Below, piece after piece: positions 54,601 through 62,100 of a stretch of 64,000 nucleotides of DNA. This DNA comes from Kiritimatiellia bacterium (GTDB lineage: Bacteria > Verrucomicrobiota > Kiritimatiellia > RFP12 > UBA1067), in the NCBI GenBank assembly GCA_045656285.1, contig JAZOQY010000037.1:19154-83153 (forward strand), read 5' to 3'. The translations under genes and the position numbers were made by a program. Positions within the stretch are counted from its first letter, which is position 1. Each line of letters begins with the position of its first letter. Under the pieces are notes generated by a model. The model did no database searches, was not told where the DNA came from, and was given only the letters and a program-made list of their open reading frames with translations.

Positions 54601-54873
54601 GTCCAGAATCTCGCTTTCGCGCCCGGACAACAGCAGGGACAGATTCGCCAACACCTTCCGCACGCGATCACGCAGCTCTTTCGTCGCCTTCTCGGTGAAC
54701 GTCATCACCTGTATCTCCGACGTGCGAAACCCCTTTTCGGCGACAAGACGCGCGTAGATGTTCTGGATGTTGTAGGTCTTTCCCGTCCCGGCCGACGCCG
54801 CGACAAGATGTGGCCCTTCGAGGACGAAAGCGGGATTGAAGATCTCTTCGCTGAATATGCGTTCCATGTCCAT
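51649..54873 (-). CDS. recB: Exodeoxyribonuclease V beta subunit RecB
   Basis: The UvrD-type N-terminus contains AGTGKTYNI. The C-terminal PD-(D/E)xK nuclease contains GFMDLVFRKDGCYYIVDWKSN. Confidence 0.85.
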   Translation of the reverse strand: MDMERIFSEEIFNPAFVLEGPHLVAASAGTGKTYNIQNIYARLVAEKGFRTSEIQVMTFTEKATKELRDRVRKVLANLSLLLSGRESEILDDKGRRNDSEIGRLEKLRACARAVIGGDEPDAVARTRIDLALMEFDQAAISTIHGFCRRALVRFAFETDSAFKAEFADTKERDLARRVRDWWRCNRSSIPGAVKDGVDIGTLQAYVKGLAGKTDWEVDVGPEDDAVSCALARAAEIVKAYEDDRPVRSTQTYDDLLRGLREALQDEAKGHVLAACLRREFKAALVDEFQDTDPVQYEIFRRVFLDPAVQPAPSLFFVGDPKQAIYSFRGGDIHTYRSAVMDAVVAANTFRLDRNFRSTPRLIDAVNALFMDERKEDGSFSRTFGDDSIGYSEELRSDGKKEPLMLSDGSPDPSPFRIVVAEKGESSRAVIDTVLNVLEEQRGNGITPKDIAILTASNDGGAKLRDALRNAGVPAVLQRAGNVFAGDMAGDFRQVLMAMAQMGGRGQLRAALLTGFFSFGTEDLDDESLLADMVGFFGELNRIWLARGFNAALAALEASDGCDFRRKLAGRPDGERMLADLMQIIDLADAAAKELGPAPETLVDWLTERISKSGDENGEKNVEEYARHLESESDALKIMTIHVSKGLEYPIVIVPMTKGPGVQPPYFYHDENMNLHVALSDEAKAKAKTEQDAERMRLLYVALTRATKRTVLVTLCPEPGSPLDRLFANARRNGAGEDAQGSPIAWVRYEPPADPLPPYSSSASGVKAEDLSPALEPRHYSAEPTKGSYSSLSPGEHGGNDDGLDFDPPARANVNESAEGVMAMPGGKQTGTCWHEILERLPFDADDEAILAETRRALPVHGLVSPDDQPFEKDASLVAEMVKSALECPLHAPDGKLFTLRDIGGKDRFSEWEFNFSSAESAATTAAIADVLREEWRGDASKEAFLKALDGWDRPIPKGFFKGFMDLVFRKDGCYYIVDWKSNGLRRRVEDFREEGITAEMASSGYFFQYLLYSAVLHRFLKETMGSDYSWERNFGGIRYYFLRGIPYNGEKAVFCDRPGEALLDRLCATLGLEG

Positions 54874-54878
54874 TCTCC

Positions 54879-57800
54879 TTACTTCCTCCCGTACGATGAG
54901 ACGATCCTCGAAAAACAGTCTTCTACCGCCGTCGCGAAATCCTCAGGAAGCGAATCGTCAGCGCCCGCCGCCGCGCGCGAATAGTCGAACCTTATCGGTT
55001 TCATCGCCTGGACGACCATCTTTTCAAGCAACTTCTTCGCCTCGTCCTGCCGGATGGGGCGATAAGTCCGCACCGCGCCGTCTTTCATGCACATCATCGC
55101 CGTCACGAAATCTCCGCCGGCGGCATGCCCCGCGACATGACGGATCCAGGCTTCGATCTTCGTTGAATCATATATTCCGCCGTACCGTGAGAACAAGAAC
55201 ACATGCTCCCGCTGTCCGTTCGGCTCAACGTTCAGCCTGACTTCCCTGCGATTCCCCGCTACGGTCACGCGACGACCGTCAATCGCGAGATCGACATGAA
55301 ATGCGACAGGTTCCGCCTCATCCTCCCAATGGGCGAACGCCTCCGCGGCTGTCTTGTCGCGACAGGTGAACCCGTCGCTTTCCGCCTTCTTGTACTTGAG
55401 CGGACGCTGACGGTAGTCCGCGCCATCTTCGGCGGCGGAATTGATCGCATGCTCCAGCTCTCCGGCCGCAAGCGACAACCCCGTCTCCCTCAACCGTTCC
55501 GCAACTTCCCCGACGTCAATTCCGTCCGATCCGCGCACAAGCAATCGCGCCTGCAACTTCTTCGGAAGTTCATTTGCGTCAAGCTTGTCCTCGTCATCAA
55601 GAACGTCGATCCCCGGACTGGAGATGCGCACATTGAGACGCTTGCGCGCCAGAAAGCGATTCGGGCGAACATAGAATTGCACGAGATCGTCCAAGTCGAT
55701 CGCCGTTTCGCCGGACTCCGCCGGCTGAAACGGAGTCACACGAACACCGTCCATTTCCTCCGCGCTGTGCCGATCAAGAATCGCGACGGCGGCATCGTAG
55801 TTTGCGGCGGAATAGCTCGGAGGAAGACCGCCTCCCTCCGTGAAGTATCCGGGGCTGTATGCCTGGAGCGGATGATGCCAGCGCCTCACCTCGCGCCCCG
55901 TTCCCGTAAACCACTCGACCAGGTCGATCAGCGGCACTGCCGCCGGCACTTCTTCGTTTGAGCGGACGTCGCGCCCGATGTAGCTCAACGACAGACGATC
56001 GCGCGCGCCAAGCGCCGCCTTGAGAAACGCACTGGCGTCCTTGTCGCGCGACGTCACGTCGAACATCGCCGGATGCCGCCCGACAAGGTCGAACGACGCA
56101 CGCCGCTGCGTCCTCGGAAACGTGCCGTTGTTCAGCCCGCAGATCCACACGAACCGCGCCGGCACCGCCGTACCGTTCACGAGCGGCGCAAAACGGACCG
56201 CATCGCCCGGCGACGAGACTCGCCGCCTTCCGGGATTTACAGCCCCCAAGACCGCCGCGCACATAACATCGCCCGGCACAAGGACGCCGCGGCCTGCAGC
56301 CTTTCCGGCGTCACGCGCGATCAACGCCTCGCCGGTCGCAGAAACGACCGCGCTTCGCAACCCCGCCAGCTCGTCGCTAACATCGTCCCCGGACTTGTAG
56401 AATTCGCCTATCGCGCACAAGAGTCGGTCACGCCACTCCTCGATCGTGTGCGATCCCTTCAGGAACGAGCGCAGCTGCGCAAGCGCCTTGACAAACGCCT
56501 CAAGAGCGCCCACAAGCCGCCCCCGCTCGGCCTCGACATTGCCGCAAGGCAGCAACCTGCCGAGCCGGCCAGCGTCGACAAGCGCCTCGACATCCGTTCT
56601 CGGTCCAAGCAGAGCATCCATGATGAAACGGTCGAGTCCGCGCCTCCAGGTGAACGGATACGACTCCTCCGCTTTAGCCGAACCGAGAATGTCGTTCACA
56701 TCCTCATCGTCATACCCCCAGTGGATGTTGTTGGCGCGCACCATCTCGCGCAGAACGGACAGACCGTCGGCATCGATGCCGAAGCGCCCGCGAATCGAGG
56801 GAACGCCCAAGAGCGCAAACACCGCATTGACCTCGAATCTGTTCGTGCGAAACTCGAACAATGCACCAAGCGAATGCGAAATCGGCGTCTCCTCGCGAAC
56901 GCCGCTTTCAAGGGCGAAAGGCAGCCCCCCGTCGCCGTCTGCACCGAAGACGGACTCGACAAGCGGCGAGTATGCGCCCCAGTCGGCGCAAAGCACAAGA
57001 GCATCGGAAGGACGCGCGTCCGGCGTCTCGCGGAAGAACCGATGAAGCGCGTCACGCGCAGCCTCCAGCTCGCGACGCGGCGAATGGCACACGTGCACCT
57101 CGGGCGTCAGGCGAGCGAGCGAGGCAAAGTCATCTGCGCCTTGATCGCCCACCCACTCGCAATCGCCCTCCGCAAGATCAAGTTCGGCAGAAAGGACGCC
57201 GCGCGTACCGCCGGCAAGCGCCCCAAGAAGCCGCGAATCAGGCGAATCAAACATGCAGTCAGACGCGGACTCCGGAGGCGTCTCGCCTCGCTGCAGCGCT
57301 TCGCGCAGGCTGCGGGCCTTCTCGCGCTGCGCCTTTCGCCGGTCGGGATCGTCCAGCCAGTAGGTGCGCGACGGGTTGAACGTCCAGAATGTCGCCGGAA
57401 TGGCTTCGGACATCTTTTTGAGCATCAGCAGATACGGCCACGGGGCGGCAGCCACATCGAATACGTGAATCGCCGCATAGTCAGGGAATCCGTTGCGCAG
57501 CGCGACGGACGGATCGGCGTCCGCCGCCAAAGCGCGCGCGTAGTCGCGCGTGTAGGTTTCCGGCGTCTCCCGAACCAGCAGCCGGTAAAGCGCAGCCTGC
57601 CAGCGTTCATCGCCGGACGGCATCTTCCCCGCCTCCCAGTCGGCCAGCATCTGATACCGATTCGCCAGGTAGTCGTCGAAAAGTTGTGCAAGACGCGATG
57701 CGAGCTCAAAACGGCGCCGGTCGGCGACCCGCCCGTTCGCATGCGCGATATACTTCTGCAGAACAGCGAGATCAGGATTGTCCGCCTCCGCCTTGAGAAC

Positions 57801-58154
57801 GGCATCGATGCGCCAGGCAAGCACGCCCTTCGAGTAGGGGTGCTCGGCGGGACGGCGATGCAAACCGTCGCTGCCGCGCGTCTGGACCACAAGCCAGTCG
57901 TTGACAAACTCCGCAATCGGCTTGAAATCGATATTTGCGAGGATTCGGCGCTTCCCCTGCTTGCGATGCAGCAGAAAACGCTGTTGCAGCCAATTGCGCG
58001 TGGAGAGGTCTCCCACGACCACGCATGTGCGGGCGAACGGATCGCGCACCGGAGACCCCTCCCATGCTGCGAACATCCGATCGGCAAGCTCCTCCAGCCG
58101 GTCGCTCCAATAGACTCTCAACGGCGCGCTCTCCGCCACGGTTCTGTCCTCCAT
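54879..58154 (-). CDS. recC: Exodeoxyribonuclease V gamma subunit RecC
   Basis: 1091 aa. The N-terminus LRVYWSDRLEELADRM...DPFARTCVVVGDLSTRNWLQ parallels E. coli RecC. The gene sits at the head of the recC-recB-recD chain. Confidence 0.75.
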   Translation of the reverse strand: MEDRTVAESAPLRVYWSDRLEELADRMFAAWEGSPVRDPFARTCVVVGDLSTRNWLQQRFLLHRKQGKRRILANIDFKPIAEFVNDWLVVQTRGSDGLHRRPAEHPYSKGVLAWRIDAVLKAEADNPDLAVLQKYIAHANGRVADRRRFELASRLAQLFDDYLANRYQMLADWEAGKMPSGDERWQAALYRLLVRETPETYTRDYARALAADADPSVALRNGFPDYAAIHVFDVAAAPWPYLLMLKKMSEAIPATFWTFNPSRTYWLDDPDRRKAQREKARSLREALQRGETPPESASDCMFDSPDSRLLGALAGGTRGVLSAELDLAEGDCEWVGDQGADDFASLARLTPEVHVCHSPRRELEAARDALHRFFRETPDARPSDALVLCADWGAYSPLVESVFGADGDGGLPFALESGVREETPISHSLGALFEFRTNRFEVNAVFALLGVPSIRGRFGIDADGLSVLREMVRANNIHWGYDDEDVNDILGSAKAEESYPFTWRRGLDRFIMDALLGPRTDVEALVDAGRLGRLLPCGNVEAERGRLVGALEAFVKALAQLRSFLKGSHTIEEWRDRLLCAIGEFYKSGDDVSDELAGLRSAVVSATGEALIARDAGKAAGRGVLVPGDVMCAAVLGAVNPGRRRVSSPGDAVRFAPLVNGTAVPARFVWICGLNNGTFPRTQRRASFDLVGRHPAMFDVTSRDKDASAFLKAALGARDRLSLSYIGRDVRSNEEVPAAVPLIDLVEWFTGTGREVRRWHHPLQAYSPGYFTEGGGLPPSYSAANYDAAVAILDRHSAEEMDGVRVTPFQPAESGETAIDLDDLVQFYVRPNRFLARKRLNVRISSPGIDVLDDEDKLDANELPKKLQARLLVRGSDGIDVGEVAERLRETGLSLAAGELEHAINSAAEDGADYRQRPLKYKKAESDGFTCRDKTAAEAFAHWEDEAEPVAFHVDLAIDGRRVTVAGNRREVRLNVEPNGQREHVFLFSRYGGIYDSTKIEAWIRHVAGHAAGGDFVTAMMCMKDGAVRTYRPIRQDEAKKLLEKMVVQAMKPIRFDYSRAAAGADDSLPEDFATAVEDCFSRIVSSYGRK

Positions 58155-58254
58155 TGATTTTCTCCTCTCACGCCTCCCGATCCAACACTCGAGGCAGGCG
58201 CAAGCTCTTAATCCTTTTTATAGCCTTCTCATGAACTAATATTGCCTTGCAGAT

Positions 58255-58263
58255 ATTATAACA
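58255..58263 (-). promoter_or_regulatory. Extended -10 promoter TGTTATAAT (recC-recB-recD)
   Basis: The leader would be about 95 nt and contains a GAGGAG SD. Confidence 0.5.
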
Positions 58264-58425
58264 AAGCAACATCAATACGTTAACCTAATTTTCTTTATCT
58301 TTTAATCAATGCGAAATCCGCCCTGTTTCTGATAATTTCCAGAAAACTAAGACAAACTCCGAGTTTTAGGATATAATGACAAAATGACACTTTTTGAAGA
58401 AATGTCACAAATCTGCACAGCACTA

Positions 58426-58434
58426 TGATATAAT
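58426..58434 (+). promoter_or_regulatory. Extended -10 promoter TGATATAAT (fadD)
   Basis: It is on the plus strand, 24 nt before ATG 58459, and AAGGAGAG lies between. A second TATAAT lies at 58372-58377. Confidence 0.55.
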
Positions 58435-58458
58435 ATCCCGAAACATAAGGAGAGAAAA

Positions 58459-60120
58459 ATGACTATCAGAGGTCTTTTAGAACGTAGCGCCGAACGCCAT
58501 CCTACATTGAATGCCTTGAAATGGCATGAAAACAAGGAGTGGAAGAACCGCAATTGGAACGACTTCCTCAAGGGCGTGCGCGAAATCGCCGAAGGCTACG
58601 GAACCGGGCTGGGCCTCAAGCCTCGCGAAGAGAACACCGCCATTATTCTCAACAATTCTCCTGTCTGGATGGAGTCGTATCTCGCGCAGGCCGGCGCCGG
58701 GGTTTCGGTGGCGCCGCTTGATCCCAAGCTTCACAATGATGAAGTCGAATATATCCTTAAGGACGCCGAGGCGACAATTGTAACCACAGATGCCGCACAT
58801 CTCAAAATGATGATGCAAATAGCGGCCAACCTTCCTGCTCTCAAGGCGATCGTGATTGTTGACGGCGTCATCGCCGAAGGCCAGAAGATCGGCGATGTCG
58901 ATGTCATCGGCTACGAAAAACTCCGCATTTCCGGCGGCGGCGCGTGGTACGACGCGAACTGCGCGAAGCCCGAGGATGTCGCCTCGATCATCTACACCTC
59001 CGGCACGACCGGCAAGCCAAAGGGCGCGATGCTCACCCACCGCAACTTCGTCTGCGATATCGAAGGCGCGCTCAAGACTTTCAACGTCAGGATCACGCAC
59101 GAAGATTCGTTGATGATCGTGCTGCCGCTTTTCCACGCCTTTTCATTCACCGCCAACTTCATGCTCGGCCTGATGCTCTCGGTCGAGATGAAGTTCATCG
59201 AATCGCTCCGCACCGTCGGGCGCGACGTCAAGGAACTCAAGCCTACGATTCTCATGGCGGTGCCTCTTTTGGCCGAGAAGCTTCATGAGAAGATCGAGGA
59301 AGGTCTAAAGAAATCCAAGATTGCACAATTCCTCCTTAAAATCGGTCTGCGCGGCCCGGTCATGCACATGGTCAAGATGAAGCTCGGCGGCCGCCTGCGC
59401 ATCATGGTAACGGGCGGAGCCCCCTGCCCCAAGCATGTTCTTGACGGTTTTCGCCGGCTTCACGTGGCATTCTACGAGGGCTATGGCCTTACTGAATGCG
59501 CTCCCGTAGTGTCGGTGACGAGTTTTGGCTGCCGCAAGATCGGCACGATCGGCTATGCCATTGACGGTTGCGAAGTGCGTCTCGCCGATCAGAACGAACA
59601 GGGCGTTGGCGAGCTTCAGGTCAAAGGTCCCATTGTCATGAAGGGCTACTACCACAACGACGCTGCGACAGCGGAGTCTTTCGACGGCGAATGGTTCAAG
59701 ACCGGCGATTTGGCTTCTCAGGATGAAGATGGTCTCATCACCATCCGCGGCAGAAAGAAAGCACTGATCGTAAACCGCGAAGGCAAGAACATCTATCCCG
59801 AAGAAGTCGAAAACACGGTGGCCAAAGATCCCTCAGTCCAGGATATCATCGTCATAGGCTACACCCAGGGCGGCGTTCCCGGCGAGCGCGTAGGCGCGAT
59901 CGTCCATCCCAACGAAGAATGGTTCGAAGCCCAAAACGGCGGCGTCAAACCTTCGTGGGAAGAGATGGAGAAAGCCGTCATCAAGCGCGTCCAGGAGCGC
60001 AGCGCTGAGCTTGCCGACTACAAGCGCATCCGCAAGGTTTCCGTTTACCGCGAGCCTCTGGAGCGCACCTCGGTAGGAAAAATCCGCCGCGTCGCCTACA
60101 AGGGCAAGCTTGACGAGTAA
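58459..60120 (+). CDS. fadD: Long-chain-fatty-acid--CoA ligase (AMP-binding family)
   Basis: YTSGTTGKPKGAMLTHRN is the AMP motif; GYGLTE and GDLA...GRKK are also present. AAGGAGAG SD. Confidence 0.9.
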   Translation: MTIRGLLERSAERHPTLNALKWHENKEWKNRNWNDFLKGVREIAEGYGTGLGLKPREENTAIILNNSPVWMESYLAQAGAGVSVAPLDPKLHNDEVEYILKDAEATIVTTDAAHLKMMMQIAANLPALKAIVIVDGVIAEGQKIGDVDVIGYEKLRISGGGAWYDANCAKPEDVASIIYTSGTTGKPKGAMLTHRNFVCDIEGALKTFNVRITHEDSLMIVLPLFHAFSFTANFMLGLMLSVEMKFIESLRTVGRDVKELKPTILMAVPLLAEKLHEKIEEGLKKSKIAQFLLKIGLRGPVMHMVKMKLGGRLRIMVTGGAPCPKHVLDGFRRLHVAFYEGYGLTECAPVVSVTSFGCRKIGTIGYAIDGCEVRLADQNEQGVGELQVKGPIVMKGYYHNDAATAESFDGEWFKTGDLASQDEDGLITIRGRKKALIVNREGKNIYPEEVENTVAKDPSVQDIIVIGYTQGGVPGERVGAIVHPNEEWFEAQNGGVKPSWEEMEKAVIKRVQERSAELADYKRIRKVSVYREPLERTSVGKIRRVAYKGKLDE

Positions 60121-60135
60121 GATCGGCCATAAAAT

Positions 60136-60168
60136 CATGCGTAACGGGCCGCCGGTCCGTCACGCATG
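60136..60168. terminator. Long hairpin between convergent fadD and nfeD (candidate bidirectional terminator)
   Basis: catgcgtaacgg / ccgtcacgcatg pair over 11 bp with one mismatch and a 9-nt loop. On the minus strand ATTTTAT follows. On the plus strand a T8 run lies 32 nt further on. Confidence 0.45.
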
Positions 60169-60228
60169 GCACTCAAGCGAAAAATTGGCCGCCTGGAGGT
60201 TTTTTTTAGCGGAAAGCCGCCTTTCTCG

Positions 60229-60672
60229 CTAAACCCGTTCGACCTTAAGCGTCAGATTGCTGCGGGAGACAACACGAACGTTAACGTCCTTTTCGACAGG
60301 AGAGTCGGCTACAGCCGTCCACTCGGAGTCTCCCAGCAGCACCCGCCCGGAAAGAGGAGGATTTATGGCCTCGACAACAACCGCAATCTTGCCGGGAAAA
60401 TCATCTTTGAAATTCGAAGCAGAAGTTTCAACCGTCCCGAAGAACACCTTCTTGAGGACACGGCGCAAAAACACGAGATAGACTACCGAAAAACCGGCAA
60501 ACGCCAAAAGCTGCCACATCGCCTCAAAAGAATCTCCGGCGACCATTGTCAAGACACCCGTAGTAGCAGCGGCCAGGCCGAAAAAGAAAACCACAAATCC
60601 GGGCGAAATGAGCTCAAGCATCATAAGCGCCGCGCCGGCATAAAGCCATATCCAATCGGCAGAATAATACAT
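60229..60672 (-). CDS. NfeD-family membrane protein
   Basis: 147 aa. Hydrophobic N-terminal helices are followed by a C-terminal OB-type segment (GRVLLGDSEWTAVAD). An AAGGAGG SD lies inside the dnaX 3' end, with a 1-nt gap to the dnaX stop. Confidence 0.75.
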   Translation of the reverse strand: MYYSADWIWLYAGAALMMLELISPGFVVFFFGLAAATTGVLTMVAGDSFEAMWQLLAFAGFSVVYLVFLRRVLKKVFFGTVETSASNFKDDFPGKIAVVVEAINPPLSGRVLLGDSEWTAVADSPVEKDVNVRVVSRSNLTLKVERV

Positions 60673-60673
60673 T

Positions 60674-62086
60674 TTACTTCCTCCTTATATCACTTATCAA
60701 TGCGCCAGGGGCTGACGCAAGAATCGAATTGAGCTTGTCGTCGTTTAAAATCTCTTCACGGCGTTCGTGCGGAACAGGCTTGGAGTATGCCGCGCTTTGC
60801 GCGGGAGTCACCTGGGCGGAAGGTTGCGCAACCGGCTCCGGCGCGACCTCGCGCGCAATCACGGGCGCGGGAGACGCTCCGGCGGGCGCGGCAATGCGCT
60901 CGCTCTGGATGCGGATTTCGGGCAGATCGGCCGTTCCCGACGACTTGAGCGACCTTACGGCCTTCATCAGCTCCTCGATCGTCGCAGTCGTCGCGATGCG
61001 GCTCGCGCGGATAAGAGTCATCTCGATCAAGGTTCTTACGCTCAAGACATGGCGAAGCTTGTCTTCCATTTCGGAGAGCTGGTCGCAGATCCTGAAAACG
61101 CGTCCGGCGTCGATGCCCTTTGCCTGTTCGACAAGAGTCTCGATCTGCTCAGGCGTCGCCTCAAGCGACTTGGACTGTGGACCTAACGCCTGAAGGACAA
61201 CGAGATTCCTGAAATGCTTCAAGAGTTCGCCCGCCAGGCGGCGCATGTTCTTTCCGGCCGAATCGAACATCTCGATCGACGTAAGGATCGATGCGACATC
61301 CCCCTTGAGGATGGCCCCCGCAAGATTCTCGAGCTGAGAGCGGGAAACAAGGCCGAATACGCCAAGCGCGTCATCTTCGGTAACCTTCTCGCCCGTGAAC
61401 GAAATAAGCTGATCGAGCGACGAAAGCGCGTCGCGCATCCCGCCCTCGGCTCCGCGCGCGATAGCCAGGAGCGCGTCCGTCTCGGCGCTGATGTTCTCGT
61501 TTTTGCAGATGTACGAAAGGCGCGAGACGATATCGTTCGTCTGGATCCGCCTCAGGTCGAACCTCTGGCAGCGCGAGACGATCGTCGCGAGAACCTTGTC
61601 GCCCTCGGTCGTCGCAAAAACGAAGCGCACATGGGCCGGCGGTTCCTCGAGAGTCTTCAGAAGCGCGTTCCACGCCGCATTCGAAAGCATGTGGCATTCG
61701 TCGATGATGAATATCTTGTACGGCGACGAAGTCGGCTTGAACTCGACAGCCTCGATGATCGGCTTTACATCCTCTACCTTGTTGTGGGACGCCGCGTCAA
61801 GTTCGGTGACGTCGAGCGAACGGCCTGCGGCGATCTCAAGACAGTTGGTGCACTTGCCGCAAGGCTCGACGCCGTTGGGGCTGGTGCAGTTGAGCGCCTT
61901 GGCGAAGATGCGCGAAAGAGTCGTCTTGCCGATGCCGCGCGGGCCGATGAAGAGGTACGCGTTGGCGATGCGCTTCGCCTCGATCGCGTGGCGCAGCGTT
62001 TTGACGACATGTTCCTGGCCGACGACATCGTCGAATGTCATCGGACGGTATTTGAGCGGCAATGCCACATGCATGGAGTCAGCCAT
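60674..62086 (-). CDS. dnaX: DNA polymerase III subunit gamma/tau
   Basis: VVGQEHVVKTLRHAIEAKRIANAYLFIGPRGIGKTT is present. The clamp-loader Cys4 module is CGKCTNC. Confidence 0.95.
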   Translation of the reverse strand: MADSMHVALPLKYRPMTFDDVVGQEHVVKTLRHAIEAKRIANAYLFIGPRGIGKTTLSRIFAKALNCTSPNGVEPCGKCTNCLEIAAGRSLDVTELDAASHNKVEDVKPIIEAVEFKPTSSPYKIFIIDECHMLSNAAWNALLKTLEEPPAHVRFVFATTEGDKVLATIVSRCQRFDLRRIQTNDIVSRLSYICKNENISAETDALLAIARGAEGGMRDALSSLDQLISFTGEKVTEDDALGVFGLVSRSQLENLAGAILKGDVASILTSIEMFDSAGKNMRRLAGELLKHFRNLVVLQALGPQSKSLEATPEQIETLVEQAKGIDAGRVFRICDQLSEMEDKLRHVLSVRTLIEMTLIRASRIATTATIEELMKAVRSLKSSGTADLPEIRIQSERIAAPAGASPAPVIAREVAPEPVAQPSAQVTPAQSAAYSKPVPHERREEILNDDKLNSILASAPGALISDIRRK

Positions 62087-62100
62087 AATTCAGAATGTCT

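Noticed and set aside
50106-58154. The recC-recB-recD block as something novel
   Set aside because: All three subunits show canonical motifs and sizes in the standard order. This is ordinary RecBCD.
52540-58157. Plus-strand ORFs of 814 aa (52540-54984) and 694 aa (56073-58157) antisense to recB and recC
   Set aside because: The reasoning is the same: no recognisable domains and an Arg-rich composition. They lie exactly opposite well-supported RecB and RecC frames.
60674-62086. A programmed -1 frameshift site (A AAA AAG) producing a gamma subunit from dnaX
   Set aside because: I found no A-AAA-AAG-type heptamer (ctttttt on the plus strand) when scanning the gene by eye. The scan was not exhaustive.
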